In this document: positions 8,477-18,372 of the stretch, piece after piece
Position numbering within the stretch: the stretch's first letter is position 1
Layout of the letters: each line of letters starts with the position of its first letter
DNA from: Nitrospirota bacterium
Lineage (GTDB): Bacteria > Nitrospirota > Thermodesulfovibrionia > Thermodesulfovibrionales > UBA9159
Assembly: GCA_037441365.1 (NCBI GenBank)
Contig: JBBISG010000002.1
Coordinates: 7,462-71,461, forward strand
Direction: 5' to 3'
Length of the DNA: 64,000 nucleotides
The notes under the pieces: model-generated
What the model was told of the DNA's origin: nothing
Database searches by the model: none
The model's input: only the letters and a program-made list of their open reading frames with translations
Made by a program: the position numbers and the translations under genes

Positions 8477-9388
8477 GTGCTGAGGATAGGGCATCTATCG
8501 ACTTTTTATCATACATCCTTGTTGTTAATGGCCGAGGGAATTGACGATAGACTCGGGACTGTGGTGGAATGGAAACTCTTTGGAACAGGACCTGACATCA
8601 TACGGGCATTTGAACGGGATGAGATAGACATTGCTTATATCGGGCTTCCACCGGTGGTGATCGGGATAGACAGAGGGCTCAGGATTAAATGTATAGCAGG
8701 GGGGCATGTAGAAGGGACTGTAATTGCCGGGGCTGACAGTGTAAGGGGTTTCCCTGATGTGCAGGATCTCGGAGAATTATTACGTCAATTCAGAGGCAAG
8801 AGGATCGGGGTGCCCGGTAGGGGTTCTATCCATGATGTGATAGTGAGAGACTGTATCGATAGCTATAGCCTTGCCGGTGATATAGGGGTAATAAATTTCC
8901 CATGGGCTGATCTCATTGTAGAGGCTGTGAGAAAAGGCGAGGTCTCTATCGCCGCAGGCACGCCAAATCTATCCGTAGCATTAAGGCGGTTTCTTGGCAG
9001 AAGGATTCTATGGCCGCCAGAGAGATTGTGGCCGGACAATCCGAGCTATGGGATAGCGGTGAAGGAGGAGTTTCTCAGGGAATCAGAACTCATAAAAAAA
9101 TTTCTTCTCCTCCATGAAGATGAAACATCTTTTTTGAAAAGAAGGCCCGGGGATGCATCAAAGGTCATAGCGTCAGTCGTGGGGATAGTGGATGAGGACT
9201 TTGTCCTTGAGACCCTCATGGTCTCACCAAAATATTGTGCCTCACTGCCAGAGGGATACATCTCATCAACAATGAAACTTGTGAAGGCCATGAAAAGACT
9301 CGGTTATATAAAACAGGAACTGGCAGCACACGAAATCTTTTATACCGATATAATCAGCGAGATTCACCCCGGCAGAGCTCATTACTGA
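8477..9388 (+). CDS. periplasmic-binding-protein-fold protein (NMT1/THI5 / SsuA-TauA-like); no obvious signal peptide
   Basis: LRIGHLSTFYHTS...GPDIIRAFERDEIDIAYIGLPPVVIG is the type 2 SBP pattern. GTG start. Function not assignable. Confidence 0.45.
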   Translation: MLRIGHLSTFYHTSLLLMAEGIDDRLGTVVEWKLFGTGPDIIRAFERDEIDIAYIGLPPVVIGIDRGLRIKCIAGGHVEGTVIAGADSVRGFPDVQDLGELLRQFRGKRIGVPGRGSIHDVIVRDCIDSYSLAGDIGVINFPWADLIVEAVRKGEVSIAAGTPNLSVALRRFLGRRILWPPERLWPDNPSYGIAVKEEFLRESELIKKFLLLHEDETSFLKRRPGDASKVIASVVGIVDEDFVLETLMVSPKYCASLPEGYISSTMKLVKAMKRLGYIKQELAAHEIFYTDIISEIHPGRAHY

Positions 9389-10484
9389 AGATCTCCTTTA
9401 TTTCTACAGGTGTGAGGGGGATATTGGGGACATCTCTGTTCCCGGGCAGTGCAAGGACATGTATGAAGCGAGGCCCCGGCGACCTTTTATTTATAGCCTC
9501 TATAAGGTCCCTTTTCGTTGATACCTTTACGGTATTAGAAATTCCAAAACCCCTCGCAACCATCTCAAGGTCTGTACATCTCGCTGTGAGTGTAGGCTGG
9601 TCGCCGGTAGAACCATAAGATCCATTATCAATTGCGACGACACTGAGATTTCCCGGCCTGAGATAGGCCATAGTGCCGAGAGTGCCCGGGTTCATGAGAA
9701 GGCTTCCATCTCCATCAATGACAAGGACATCTCTTTTTGTAAAGAGAGAGATGCCAAGACCAATGGGGGTTGCCATACCCATACTTCCGAGCATGTAGAA
9801 GTTTGAAGGCTGGTGTTTTATATAAAAGAGCTCCTTCGACGGAATGCCGAGATTAGAGACCACTATCTTTTGCCCAAGATAGGGTGCCAGTGTCTCTATG
9901 AGCTCGAAACGCGTGTATCTCGGCACAGGTATTTTCGACTGCTTGATCCTGGGTCCCCTGAATCTTCCATCCCTCGGTCTTTTTAGCTGCTTCTTGATAC
10001 CCCATAGTGCTGGACTCATAAGAAAGACGGATATTTTATGACCTTTATAGACATTCTGCAATTCCTCCCTCACGAGTCTTAAATCACTGTCTTCCCTGAG
10101 GATCAGATATTCAATACCGCATGCCTCAAGTATTCCTAAAAGTGCCCGCCCCATGGGTATCTGGGCAGGTATCCTCTCATTGTCCATCCCACGCCAGCTC
10201 ACGAATATACTCAAAGGTAAATCATAGGTCTTCGTCAGCGACATAATGGCATTTAACATGTTTCCAAGGCCAGAGCTCTGGACAAACATCGCCGGCCTCT
10301 TCCCACAGAGGGCAGCACCTGCACAGATGCCCACGCCTTCCTCTTCCCTTGTCAGGGGAATATGTAAGAAATTGGATTCGATGAGTGAGAGGAGAACATT
10401 GATCTTTTCACACGGAAGTGTTGCGATGGGATCTATCGATGATGCCCTGAGGATCTCTATCATCTGTTCCTCACAGGTTTGCAC
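9354..10484 (-). CDS. fused alpha/beta TPP-dependent decarboxylase of the sulfopyruvate / phosphonopyruvate decarboxylase family (ComDE-like)
   Basis: IDPIATLPCEKINVLLSLI...REEEGVGICAGAALCGKRPAMFVQSSGLGN in the N half. TPP motif region GSMGMATPIGLGI...VIDGDGSLLMNPG in the C half. 376 aa. Confidence 0.7.
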   Translation of the reverse strand: MQTCEEQMIEILRASSIDPIATLPCEKINVLLSLIESNFLHIPLTREEEGVGICAGAALCGKRPAMFVQSSGLGNMLNAIMSLTKTYDLPLSIFVSWRGMDNERIPAQIPMGRALLGILEACGIEYLILREDSDLRLVREELQNVYKGHKISVFLMSPALWGIKKQLKRPRDGRFRGPRIKQSKIPVPRYTRFELIETLAPYLGQKIVVSNLGIPSKELFYIKHQPSNFYMLGSMGMATPIGLGISLFTKRDVLVIDGDGSLLMNPGTLGTMAYLRPGNLSVVAIDNGSYGSTGDQPTLTARCTDLEMVARGFGISNTVKVSTKRDLIEAINKRSPGPRFIHVLALPGNRDVPNIPLTPVEIKEIFSNELCRGESR

Positions 10485-11716
10485 AATGCCTCCTCTATCT
10501 CCTTACCTTCTGCCCTCTTTGAGATAAAGATCGGTTTGACAGGATAGGTGTTATACGACCTTCTATATAGATTTTCCCCTCCACCTGTTATGTGAAGAAG
10601 GATGAGGTCATTCTTTTTAAGCCTCCCCTCCTTTTCAGCCTTTATAATGCCTGCCACAGCAGCACCGCTGGCAGGGACGATATCGATCCCTTCTGATTCA
10701 AGGAATAAAGCCATAGCTGAAAAGATTTCCTCGTTTGTCACCCCGTACATCTCTCCATCTGTATTGTCAAGAATATCATATACACCACCCTTTACAGAAT
10801 AGGCAGGGTACCTGCTTGAGAGGACCCTCGTTGATATCCTGTTTATTAATGCAGGCTCAATATCCTCTGGCGATATCCCCCTTGACCTTCTCTGCCATGC
10901 CTTTACCATCGGGGCAAAGGGAAGGTTCTGGACAAGATGAAATCTTGGTAATTTCGACCCAAATCTGCCGTCACGGATAAATCTTTCAGCCATCTCAAAG
11001 ACCCCTATCGCCCCGGCACCACTGCCAACTGCCTGAAAATAATGGTCGGGAAGCCTTTTTATGACAGTGACTGCCTCAAGAAGGACAGCGCCGAGGCCAT
11101 CCCTCTTTGCAGGATTCCTCACCCCTCCCTCAAAGGGCATCCCCGTTGTCTCGGAGACCCTCTTTGCGAGGTCTATGGCATTGGAGTAGTCTCCATCAAC
11201 TACAACAAGGGTTGGAGGATTCCCATTTTTATCTATATACCACATCTCTTTAAGGCAGGCTATTGGAACGACTATTACGACAGGAAGACCTGTGATGCCT
11301 GACAGGTATGCAAATGCCTTTGCCGTATTTCCTGCTGAGGCAACGACAAGACCTTCAATGCCATTTTCTATCGCATTCTGCAAGACCACGGCTACTTCCA
11401 TCTCTTTGAATGTGCAGGTCTTTAACAGGGCCCCCCTTTCAGGCCAGTATCCGCTGAAAGCTATATAGAGGTTATCAAGCTCAAGCCTCCCTGCAAGGCT
11501 ATGAGATTTATACACAACAGTGGCCCCTGCACTGAAGAAACTACCATGCACAGGAAGCCAGTTAAACCTCCAGATACCTTTCTTACAAGGGTCTTCTCTG
11601 AATCTATCCCTGTACTCTGTAACAAGCAAGGATCCCCTGCAGTGCTCGCAGAAGGCGCAATAAGAATCCTCAAGGGCCTTTCCACATCCCCTGCATCTTA
11701 ATATAAAATGGCTCAT
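10460..11716 (-). CDS. threonine-synthase-fold PLP enzyme with N-terminal Cys4 ribbon; cysteate-synthase-like
   Basis: N-terminus CRGCGK...CAFCEHC. PLP-lysine context TCTFKEME. VVASAGNTAKAFA. 418 aa. Translationally coupled to both neighbours. Confidence 0.6.
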   Translation of the reverse strand: MSHFILRCRGCGKALEDSYCAFCEHCRGSLLVTEYRDRFREDPCKKGIWRFNWLPVHGSFFSAGATVVYKSHSLAGRLELDNLYIAFSGYWPERGALLKTCTFKEMEVAVVLQNAIENGIEGLVVASAGNTAKAFAYLSGITGLPVVIVVPIACLKEMWYIDKNGNPPTLVVVDGDYSNAIDLAKRVSETTGMPFEGGVRNPAKRDGLGAVLLEAVTVIKRLPDHYFQAVGSGAGAIGVFEMAERFIRDGRFGSKLPRFHLVQNLPFAPMVKAWQRRSRGISPEDIEPALINRISTRVLSSRYPAYSVKGGVYDILDNTDGEMYGVTNEEIFSAMALFLESEGIDIVPASGAAVAGIIKAEKEGRLKKNDLILLHITGGGENLYRRSYNTYPVKPIFISKRAEGKEIEEALCKPVRNR

Positions 11717-12954
11717 AAGAGGCTCCCTATCAGTTCCATGATATCTACGATCTCTATCTGGTTATGATAGCCTTGCATCGCCTCGTTCACCTTTGAATAA
11801 CAGGCAGGGCAGCTAAGAATGAGTTTTCTGGCGCCCTTTCCGACAGCCTCATCTATTGTCAATCTCCCCATAGCTATAGCATTGTCATGGAAGACCTTCC
11901 GTGCAGCACCACCGGCACCGCAGCATCGTGAGTCAAGCCCGTGACGGTCAAATTCAATGAGTTCAACATTGGGGATGCTTCTCAGGACAAACCTCGGTTC
12001 TTCTATCACTCCAACGCCTCTGCTCAGGTAACATGGGTCGTGATAGATCAATTTTTCATTCAATTCCCCCCTGATCTTTAGCCTCCCACCCTTTATAGCA
12101 TCTGCAACGAACTGGCTTATATGCCTTATCCTGAATGGTAATGGTCTTCCATAAAGGGATGGCCAGTCCCTTGCCATTATATTCACACAGCAGGGACATG
12201 ACGACAACAGCATCTTTACACTCCTTGCCTCATAGGCCCTCACAAGTCTCATTACAAGGCCTTCAAGCATATCCCACTGACCTGTTATGAAAAGTGGAAA
12301 CCCGCAACATACCTCATCTTCGGGTGGAAGCATTGTAAAGGGAATGCCGATGGCATCAAGCACAAGGACATCACCCCTTACCATTGGTTGTGCCTCATAG
12401 CAGCCGGTGCATCCCGCATAATACCCCACCTCTGCCTTTTCATGGACCCTTACCCCTTCAGGAAACCATGGTCTGAATCTATCCTCTGGAGGCTTGTTAT
12501 AGATATTGCCCGTCTCCTTTACAGATTTCGGGAGGTTAGCCTGTGGACCAATCGGTCCAAGCCCTATCTCGACCATTTTTCTCCTGAGCGTGGGCCAGAG
12601 TCTCTGAGTAAATATCCCGACCTCGCATGCCTGGCCACAGGCCCCGCAGGTGGTGCATTCATAGACCGCCCTTGTAAAGTCATCGAGTAGCTTTTTGTCA
12701 ATCTTTTTACCACGTATCTTTGCCTTCAGCCCTTCTGTATTCTCGATAAATTCTCTGTAAAGCCTTATCTTCTCAGGTGGAGAGATATCCCTTCTCCCTG
12801 TAACCTCCTGAACAGGGCACCATTTTAGACATTCGCTGCACCTCGTGCAAGCGTCAAGCTCTATAAGCTGGCGCCGTGTTAAACCATCAACTAAGGATGC
12901 GCCCTTACCCATGGACAAGCCCCTCAAGATAGGCCCTTCTCTTTGATGCCTCAA
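11713..12954 (-). CDS. HdrD/DsrK/GlpC-family iron-sulfur protein with two CCG domains. The likely true start is the ATG at 12912
   Basis: Two ferredoxin motifs, CTRCSECLKWCP and CTTCGACGQAC. CCG motifs EVCCGFP and SRCCGAGG. The 12912 ATG overlaps the upstream stop by 8 nt. Confidence 0.75.
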   Translation of the reverse strand: MRHQREGPILRGLSMGKGASLVDGLTRRQLIELDACTRCSECLKWCPVQEVTGRRDISPPEKIRLYREFIENTEGLKAKIRGKKIDKKLLDDFTRAVYECTTCGACGQACEVGIFTQRLWPTLRRKMVEIGLGPIGPQANLPKSVKETGNIYNKPPEDRFRPWFPEGVRVHEKAEVGYYAGCTGCYEAQPMVRGDVLVLDAIGIPFTMLPPEDEVCCGFPLFITGQWDMLEGLVMRLVRAYEARSVKMLLSSCPCCVNIMARDWPSLYGRPLPFRIRHISQFVADAIKGGRLKIRGELNEKLIYHDPCYLSRGVGVIEEPRFVLRSIPNVELIEFDRHGLDSRCCGAGGAARKVFHDNAIAMGRLTIDEAVGKGARKLILSCPACYSKVNEAMQGYHNQIEIVDIMELIGSLL

Positions 12955-13711
12955 GGGTGGTTATCTGGGCTGCAAACATATGGAACTGCTTGGAAAACGG
13001 AATAAAGGCAATAAAGGTAAATGCAGAGAGGGCATGGAATATCCAGAAGACCATGTAGAGAAGAGGAAGTGGAATGTCTCCACCGAGGGATTTAAATATA
13101 GAGGAAAACACTGCACCAACGGGCGACCAGTCCATGAGTGGAGGATTAAACCTTGCCAGACGTATCCCCTCGATGCAGAAACCACTGAAAATAACAATAA
13201 ACATCAGGATAAGGACAGCTGCATCATCCCAGCCTGAAACCACTGAATGCCTCAAAAACACAGATCTTCTCAGGATATAGAAGGAAAGGCTTATCAGGGC
13301 AAGTCCGCCTGCTATGTCAAGGACGAAGGAATAATAAAGATAAAACTTACCCTTCAGGATATCCAGCCCGAGGTCATAATCAACAGCAACTAACACCGTC
13401 CCGATAAAAAGGATTACAAACCCCCAGTAAATGAATATAAGCATCATCCCTCTGAGTTTGCTCTTCTGCATAACCCTTCGAGCCATGAGACAGTCCGCTG
13501 AAAAGATATAAAGGAGGCTTGCCATTATTAATTTAGATACCGATTTTCCAGATAAGCCGTCGGAAGGGTCAGCCCTTCCCCTGAGCCAGATAGAGACCTT
13601 AAACCACGAGCCTATAAAGAAAATAGCCACGGCCATCGAAGCTGCTGCATAGAAGACATATCTCAGCGATAATGGGATATCTCCAAAAACCTCTCTTGAT
13701 GCCTCAACCAT
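12905..13711 (-). CDS. polytopic membrane protein, NarI/DsrM/HdrE-like (putative b-type cytochrome partner of the CCG protein)
   Basis: 268 aa with about 5-6 hydrophobic helices and His residues within helices. Coupled to the HdrD-like gene. The family call rests mainly on context. Confidence 0.5.
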   Translation of the reverse strand: MVEASREVFGDIPLSLRYVFYAAASMAVAIFFIGSWFKVSIWLRGRADPSDGLSGKSVSKLIMASLLYIFSADCLMARRVMQKSKLRGMMLIFIYWGFVILFIGTVLVAVDYDLGLDILKGKFYLYYSFVLDIAGGLALISLSFYILRRSVFLRHSVVSGWDDAAVLILMFIVIFSGFCIEGIRLARFNPPLMDWSPVGAVFSSIFKSLGGDIPLPLLYMVFWIFHALSAFTFIAFIPFSKQFHMFAAQITTLEASKRRAYLEGLVHG

Positions 13712-13733
13712 CTATCCTCCTCACATCTGACCC

Positions 13734-14681
13734 TTAGAGGGTGCCCTCAAAAAACACGAAAGGACTCTTCATCAGCTCGCTCCTCTGGGCAGATTTAACT
13801 GTGTTTTCAAGGAGCATTGCTATAGTAACAGGGCCAACGCCGCCAGGCACCGGGGTGATAAAAGATGCCTTTTTTGCAACCTGCTCGAAATCCACATCGC
13901 CGACAATCGTCCCATCACTGAGGACATTGATCCCGATGTCCACAACCACAGCTCCTTCCTTAACCATATCTCCTCTTATCAACCCTCTAACCCCTGTTGC
14001 CGAACATATAATATCTGCCTGTCGGGTATGATGCCCCAGGTCATGGGTCTCTCTATGACAGACTGTCACAGTTGCCTCCTTGGCAAGAAACATCAAAGAC
14101 AGCGGCTTGCCAACGGCAAGGCTCTTGCCGATGACAACTACATGTCTTCCCCTGATCTCCACATTGTAATATTCGAGGAGTCTTATAACACCAAAGGGGG
14201 TGCACGGCAAAAAGCTTGATAAGGCAGGCATGTATTGGTTCATTACCACATGGGGCTTATGTTGAAACATCTGGAATGTGGACTCCTCAGCAGCAAGCCT
14301 CCCGACAGAGATAGAACCGAGACCATCAACATCCTTTTCAGGCACTATTGAATTCACGATCCTTCGTGAATTCATTTTGCGCGGCAGAGGGAAGAGCATC
14401 AAAAGACCATTAATCCTTTCATCATGGTTGATGGAATACACAATGTTCAATATCTCATTAATCGATGTTGAGGCAGGCAATCTATACTCATATGTGCTTA
14501 TGCCGACCTTCCTGCATGCCTTTAAGGTGGCGAGGAAATACTGTTCAGATGCAGGGTTATCTCCGACCATCAGAAGGGCCAGACCCACATCGATACCGAA
14601 CTCGTTCAGACTCTTAACGCTCTCCCTTACCCTTGCCTTTATCTCATCGGCGAGTTTTTTACCATCCATTATGTTTGACAT
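13734..14681 (-). CDS. folD: bifunctional methylenetetrahydrofolate dehydrogenase / methenyl-THF cyclohydrolase
   Basis: DGKKLADEIKARV...PVPGGVGPVTIAMLLENTV, with the Rossmann motif VVVIGKSLAVGKPL. Confidence 0.85.
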   Translation of the reverse strand: MSNIMDGKKLADEIKARVRESVKSLNEFGIDVGLALLMVGDNPASEQYFLATLKACRKVGISTYEYRLPASTSINEILNIVYSINHDERINGLLMLFPLPRKMNSRRIVNSIVPEKDVDGLGSISVGRLAAEESTFQMFQHKPHVVMNQYMPALSSFLPCTPFGVIRLLEYYNVEIRGRHVVVIGKSLAVGKPLSLMFLAKEATVTVCHRETHDLGHHTRQADIICSATGVRGLIRGDMVKEGAVVVDIGINVLSDGTIVGDVDFEQVAKKASFITPVPGGVGPVTIAMLLENTVKSAQRSELMKSPFVFFEGTL

Positions 14682-15032
14682 CTAACAGGCACACCCCCTC
14701 TCTATACCCCTGTTCTGATTATGATCTTCAAAGACTATACTCACATCCCTCGGGATACAGACCCCTGCCTCAACCTCAACAGCCTTTAATATCCCGCACG
14801 GCACAGGGCAGGCCACATGTCTTAGATGCATCGCTGCTGACCTGTAAACAGGATTTCTGGCAAACCCGGAAAATGCGGCCCTCACATCGAGGACTGAGAT
14901 ATCTTCAAGCATCCTTTTTACCATCTCACACTCTGTTTCGAGAAAGACGTGGATCTTTTTATCCTTTTCCATCACAACCATAATTCTAACAGAGAAGCCG
15001 CATATACCTGAATTTACGATGACCCCTGTCAA
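14682..15032 (-). CDS. hypothetical small Cys-rich protein (116 aa)
   Basis: The ORF fills the gap between the activator gene and folD exactly. It has seven Cys, including a C-terminal CAC. I recognise no family. Confidence 0.4.
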   Translation of the reverse strand: MTGVIVNSGICGFSVRIMVVMEKDKKIHVFLETECEMVKRMLEDISVLDVRAAFSGFARNPVYRSAAMHLRHVACPVPCGILKAVEVEAGVCIPRDVSIVFEDHNQNRGIERGCAC

Positions 15033-15037
15033 CTTCC

Positions 15038-17011
15038 TTATCCTTTTACCCCGACACGAGCCGCAGACTGCTCAAGGAGGCCTTTCAGGTTCGGGAAGGG
15101 GTCTTTCATGTGTGGTATATGCATGGCCTGCATGAACTCCTTCTGGAAATCGGGCTCTACAGCTATTTCGACGAACTCCACCCACCGCGCCCTCTCCTCT
15201 GCCTCGACTCTCTTACCCCTGTTCAGAAGGGCCATCCTCGCGCCATCTCCTGCTGCATTGCCGACTGCATAGACATTGTTAATATCACAGTCAGGGAACA
15301 TGCCGAGGGTCAGCGCAGATTCCTTATCAATATAACTCCCAAACGCACCTGCGAGTATCACCTTGTCAACCCTTTCGATACCCATCTTTTTCATCATCAG
15401 CTTTGCCCCTGCATAGAGCGCCCCCTTTGCGAGCTGAAGTGCCCTCACATCTGCCTGGTTGATAGTGATGTCCGTGCCTATGGATGTCTCATCGGCCCAT
15501 GCGAGCACATACTCGGGTCTTCCATCAGAGTCGCGTCTTACCCTCGGTGTATCCAGTCCGGAATTAAATTTGCCTGTCTTATCTATTATCCCTGCCTTGA
15601 ACATCTCAGCAACCGCATCAATGATTCCAGAGCCGCAGATGCCCTTTGCATCTATCTTTTCGAGATGGGTATGCCAGTCTGCCTTTCCTATAACCTTATA
15701 TTCAGGCTCTTTTGTTTCAGGGTCTATCCTTACCTTCTCGATTGCACCTGGCGACGCCCTCATACCAAACTTTATCTGGGCCCCTTCGAAGGCCGGACCT
15801 GTTGCACAGGATGTTGAACAGACCCTCTCTCTGCTGCCGAGCAGTAGCTCGCCGTTTGTCCCGATATCGATAATCAAAACCTTTTCATTGAGGTTATAGG
15901 GCTCTTCTGCTATGAGCACACCGACATTGTCAGCGCCTACAAAACCAGCCTCTATCGGAAGGACATATATGTACGATGACGGGTTTATCTTTATCCCTAT
16001 GTCGCGGGCCTTTACATTCAATCCATGCTGCAGGGCAGGTATAAAAGGCGACCTCCCGATATATTCAGGATCGAACCCGAGGAATATGTGGTGCATTGCC
16101 GTATTAAAAACAACTGTCATGTCAATAATGGCATCACCCCCGTCTCTGCCATTCACACGGAGGTCTGTCGTTATTTTATTAATGATCTCATTGATCCCGT
16201 CAATAATCGCCTTCTGCATCTTTTCAAGGCCGTCCTTATTCATCATGGCATAGGTAATCCTCGACATAACATCCTCGCCAAACGGCACCTGTGGATTCAT
16301 CATCGATTCAGTATTGATGACCTTTCCTGTGTTCAGGTCGCAGAGATAGCCGACAACAGTTGTTGTCCCAACGTCAACGGCGAGGCCGTAGGATGATTCA
16401 ATAAACCCTGGTTCAACCTTTATAATCTCTTTATCCATCCAGATAGAGACCGTAATGTTCCAGTTGCCCTTCCTGATGATACCCTGAAGGGTTCTGACCA
16501 CAGGGTAATCGATACTCAGGCCCTTAAGGGCATACTCGCTCTGGAGGGCATCTATGACCCTCTCGAAGTCGCCTGTTGTGAGGTCATGGAGGGTCGGCTG
16601 TCTTAGTTCGAGGAAGTATTTTTTTACTGTAGGGTCGAGGCTTATGCTCAGCTCCTTCGCAGCCTTTCTCACAATCTGTTTACCTGCCCTCGATTTCTCA
16701 GGAACGAAGACCTTTACATCACCTCTTATCACAGCAGCACATGCGAGCCTCATATCAGGGCCTTCATCAGACTTGATAAATTTCCTCTCTACCTCAGTCA
16801 TCGAGGTAAGATGAGACATCCTCGAATCCATCGCATCCTTCTCAAAATACCCCTCTTCAATTCTCACCTTGCATTTCCCGCATGTGCCCTTTCCACCACA
16901 TATAGACTCGATATCAACACCGAGCTGCCTTGCTGCATCAAGCAGGGTTATCTCACCCTGAACCTCTCCCCTCCTGCCAGAGGGCTGAAAAATCACTCTA
17001 TGCTTTCGCAT
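15038..17011 (-). CDS. corrinoid reductive activation protein (RamA/RACo type: N-terminal 2Fe-2S ferredoxin plus ASKHA ATPase domain)
   Basis: CGGKGTCGKCKV plant-type ferredoxin motif, then AVDVGTTTVVGYL and IDIGTNGEL ASKHA phosphate motifs. 657 aa. Confidence 0.8.
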   Translation of the reverse strand: MRKHRVIFQPSGRRGEVQGEITLLDAARQLGVDIESICGGKGTCGKCKVRIEEGYFEKDAMDSRMSHLTSMTEVERKFIKSDEGPDMRLACAAVIRGDVKVFVPEKSRAGKQIVRKAAKELSISLDPTVKKYFLELRQPTLHDLTTGDFERVIDALQSEYALKGLSIDYPVVRTLQGIIRKGNWNITVSIWMDKEIIKVEPGFIESSYGLAVDVGTTTVVGYLCDLNTGKVINTESMMNPQVPFGEDVMSRITYAMMNKDGLEKMQKAIIDGINEIINKITTDLRVNGRDGGDAIIDMTVVFNTAMHHIFLGFDPEYIGRSPFIPALQHGLNVKARDIGIKINPSSYIYVLPIEAGFVGADNVGVLIAEEPYNLNEKVLIIDIGTNGELLLGSRERVCSTSCATGPAFEGAQIKFGMRASPGAIEKVRIDPETKEPEYKVIGKADWHTHLEKIDAKGICGSGIIDAVAEMFKAGIIDKTGKFNSGLDTPRVRRDSDGRPEYVLAWADETSIGTDITINQADVRALQLAKGALYAGAKLMMKKMGIERVDKVILAGAFGSYIDKESALTLGMFPDCDINNVYAVGNAAGDGARMALLNRGKRVEAEERARWVEFVEIAVEPDFQKEFMQAMHIPHMKDPFPNLKGLLEQSAARVGVKG

Positions 17012-17025
17012 TTAACCTCCTGAAA

Positions 17026-17697
17026 TTAAGCAGTTAAGCTAAGAACCCCGGACATGGAGCCTTTTCTACCATAAGGACAGATATTTATACAGACACCGCA
17101 GTTGGGTTTTCTGTTCACTGCTCTGGTGTTCTTCTTGTACGAACTGCAATGGTCGGTCCTGACAAGTTCTACATAAGGCGCATCCCTCGACCAGTCCTTA
17201 CCTGTGATTGCACTGGACGGGCAGTACTCTACGCATAGTTTACACTCCCCGCAAAGACTGAATTTTATCGGACTGCCGGTGCTGAGCGGCGCGTCTGTCA
17301 GGACAGTTGCGAGCGAAAGTCTCGGACCATACTCAGGGCTTATAAGAAGACCATTCCTGCCGATCCATCCAAGCCCTGCAGAGGTTGCTGCTATCTTATG
17401 TGTGAATAACGGGTAAAGCCTCGATATAAAGGTTCCACGTATCCTATCCGAATCTGGAGGTATACAGAGATACCTGTGGCCATCTCTTCTCAGGCACCTC
17501 GCAGCCTTCTTCTGCAGGGCAAGGAGCAGCTTTACTGTATCGTCATTAAGGTTTTTATTTACACCTATCGAGATAGCCTTTCTGAGGTGTGCTATCTCGG
17601 GACCCAGAACCTCACCCACATCGGCAAAACCTACAACGGTTGCCCCTGTGGTCATAAGTTCCTTCATGATAGCCTCATTTAGCAGCCCTTTTAGCAT
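17026..17697 (-). CDS. 4Fe-4S dicluster protein, epoxyqueuosine-reductase (QueG)-like fold. The start may be 17667
   Basis: CGECKLCVEYCP and CGVCINICP motifs; GLGWIGRNGLLISPEYGPRLSLATV. Confidence 0.55.
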   Translation of the reverse strand: MLKGLLNEAIMKELMTTGATVVGFADVGEVLGPEIAHLRKAISIGVNKNLNDDTVKLLLALQKKAARCLRRDGHRYLCIPPDSDRIRGTFISRLYPLFTHKIAATSAGLGWIGRNGLLISPEYGPRLSLATVLTDAPLSTGSPIKFSLCGECKLCVEYCPSSAITGKDWSRDAPYVELVRTDHCSSYKKNTRAVNRKPNCGVCINICPYGRKGSMSGVLSLTA

Positions 17698-18370
17698 CCG
17701 CCTCCTCTTTGAGTTTCTTGAGAGAGCTCACCATATTGATGGCATCTTTCAGGGCATTGCTCGCATCCTTGGCATAACCATCTGCCCCCCATTTCTCAGC
17801 TATATCCTGAGAGACAGGCGCACCACCGATCATTATCTTGACATTGGGATTCCTGGCCTTGAGGTCATCAATAACCTTCTTCATTCCCACCATTGTGGTC
17901 GTCATCATTGCAGACAGACATACAAGGTCAGAATCTGTCCTCAATTGCTCCTCGATAAACTTATCAAGCGGGACATCGCGGCCAAGGTCATACACGGTAA
18001 AGCCTGCCACATCAAACATCATCTTCACAATATTCTTACCGATATCGTGAACATCGCCCTCAACCGTCCCGATCACAACAGAGCCCTTCACCCCGAGGTC
18101 AAGCCTTTTTACATGCGGTTTTAATATATCCAACCCGGCATAAAGCGCATCGGCACACATAAGCAACTCGGGCACAAAATACTCCTGGGCCTCGAATAGT
18201 CTACCGACCTCCTCCATCCCGCTTACAAGCCCGCTGAATATCGCATCGGATGCGTCCATCCCCGATTCGACGGCCTCTTTTGCTGCCTGCCTCGCTGCAT
18301 CTTCATCATAGTTTACCACCGCATCTCTGAGCCTTTTTAATATATCCTGTTTCTTTTCCTCTGTAACCAT
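17675..18370 (-). CDS. corrinoid (B12-binding) methyl-carrier protein, MtaC/MtvC-like
   Basis: B12-binding DxHxxG motif in GDVHDIGKNIV, followed by ...LSAMMTTTM... and a Rossmann-like domain. 231 aa with an N-terminal helical cap. Confidence 0.85.
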   Translation of the reverse strand: MVTEEKKQDILKRLRDAVVNYDEDAARQAAKEAVESGMDASDAIFSGLVSGMEEVGRLFEAQEYFVPELLMCADALYAGLDILKPHVKRLDLGVKGSVVIGTVEGDVHDIGKNIVKMMFDVAGFTVYDLGRDVPLDKFIEEQLRTDSDLVCLSAMMTTTMVGMKKVIDDLKARNPNVKIMIGGAPVSQDIAEKWGADGYAKDASNALKDAINMVSSLKKLKEEADAKRAAK

Positions 18371-18372
18371 CG

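Noticed and set aside
9235-9618. 127-aa plus-strand ORF overlapping the convergent ends of 8477..9388 and 9354..10484.
   Set aside because: It is out of frame with the binding-protein gene, antisense to the decarboxylase gene, and has no recognisable motif.
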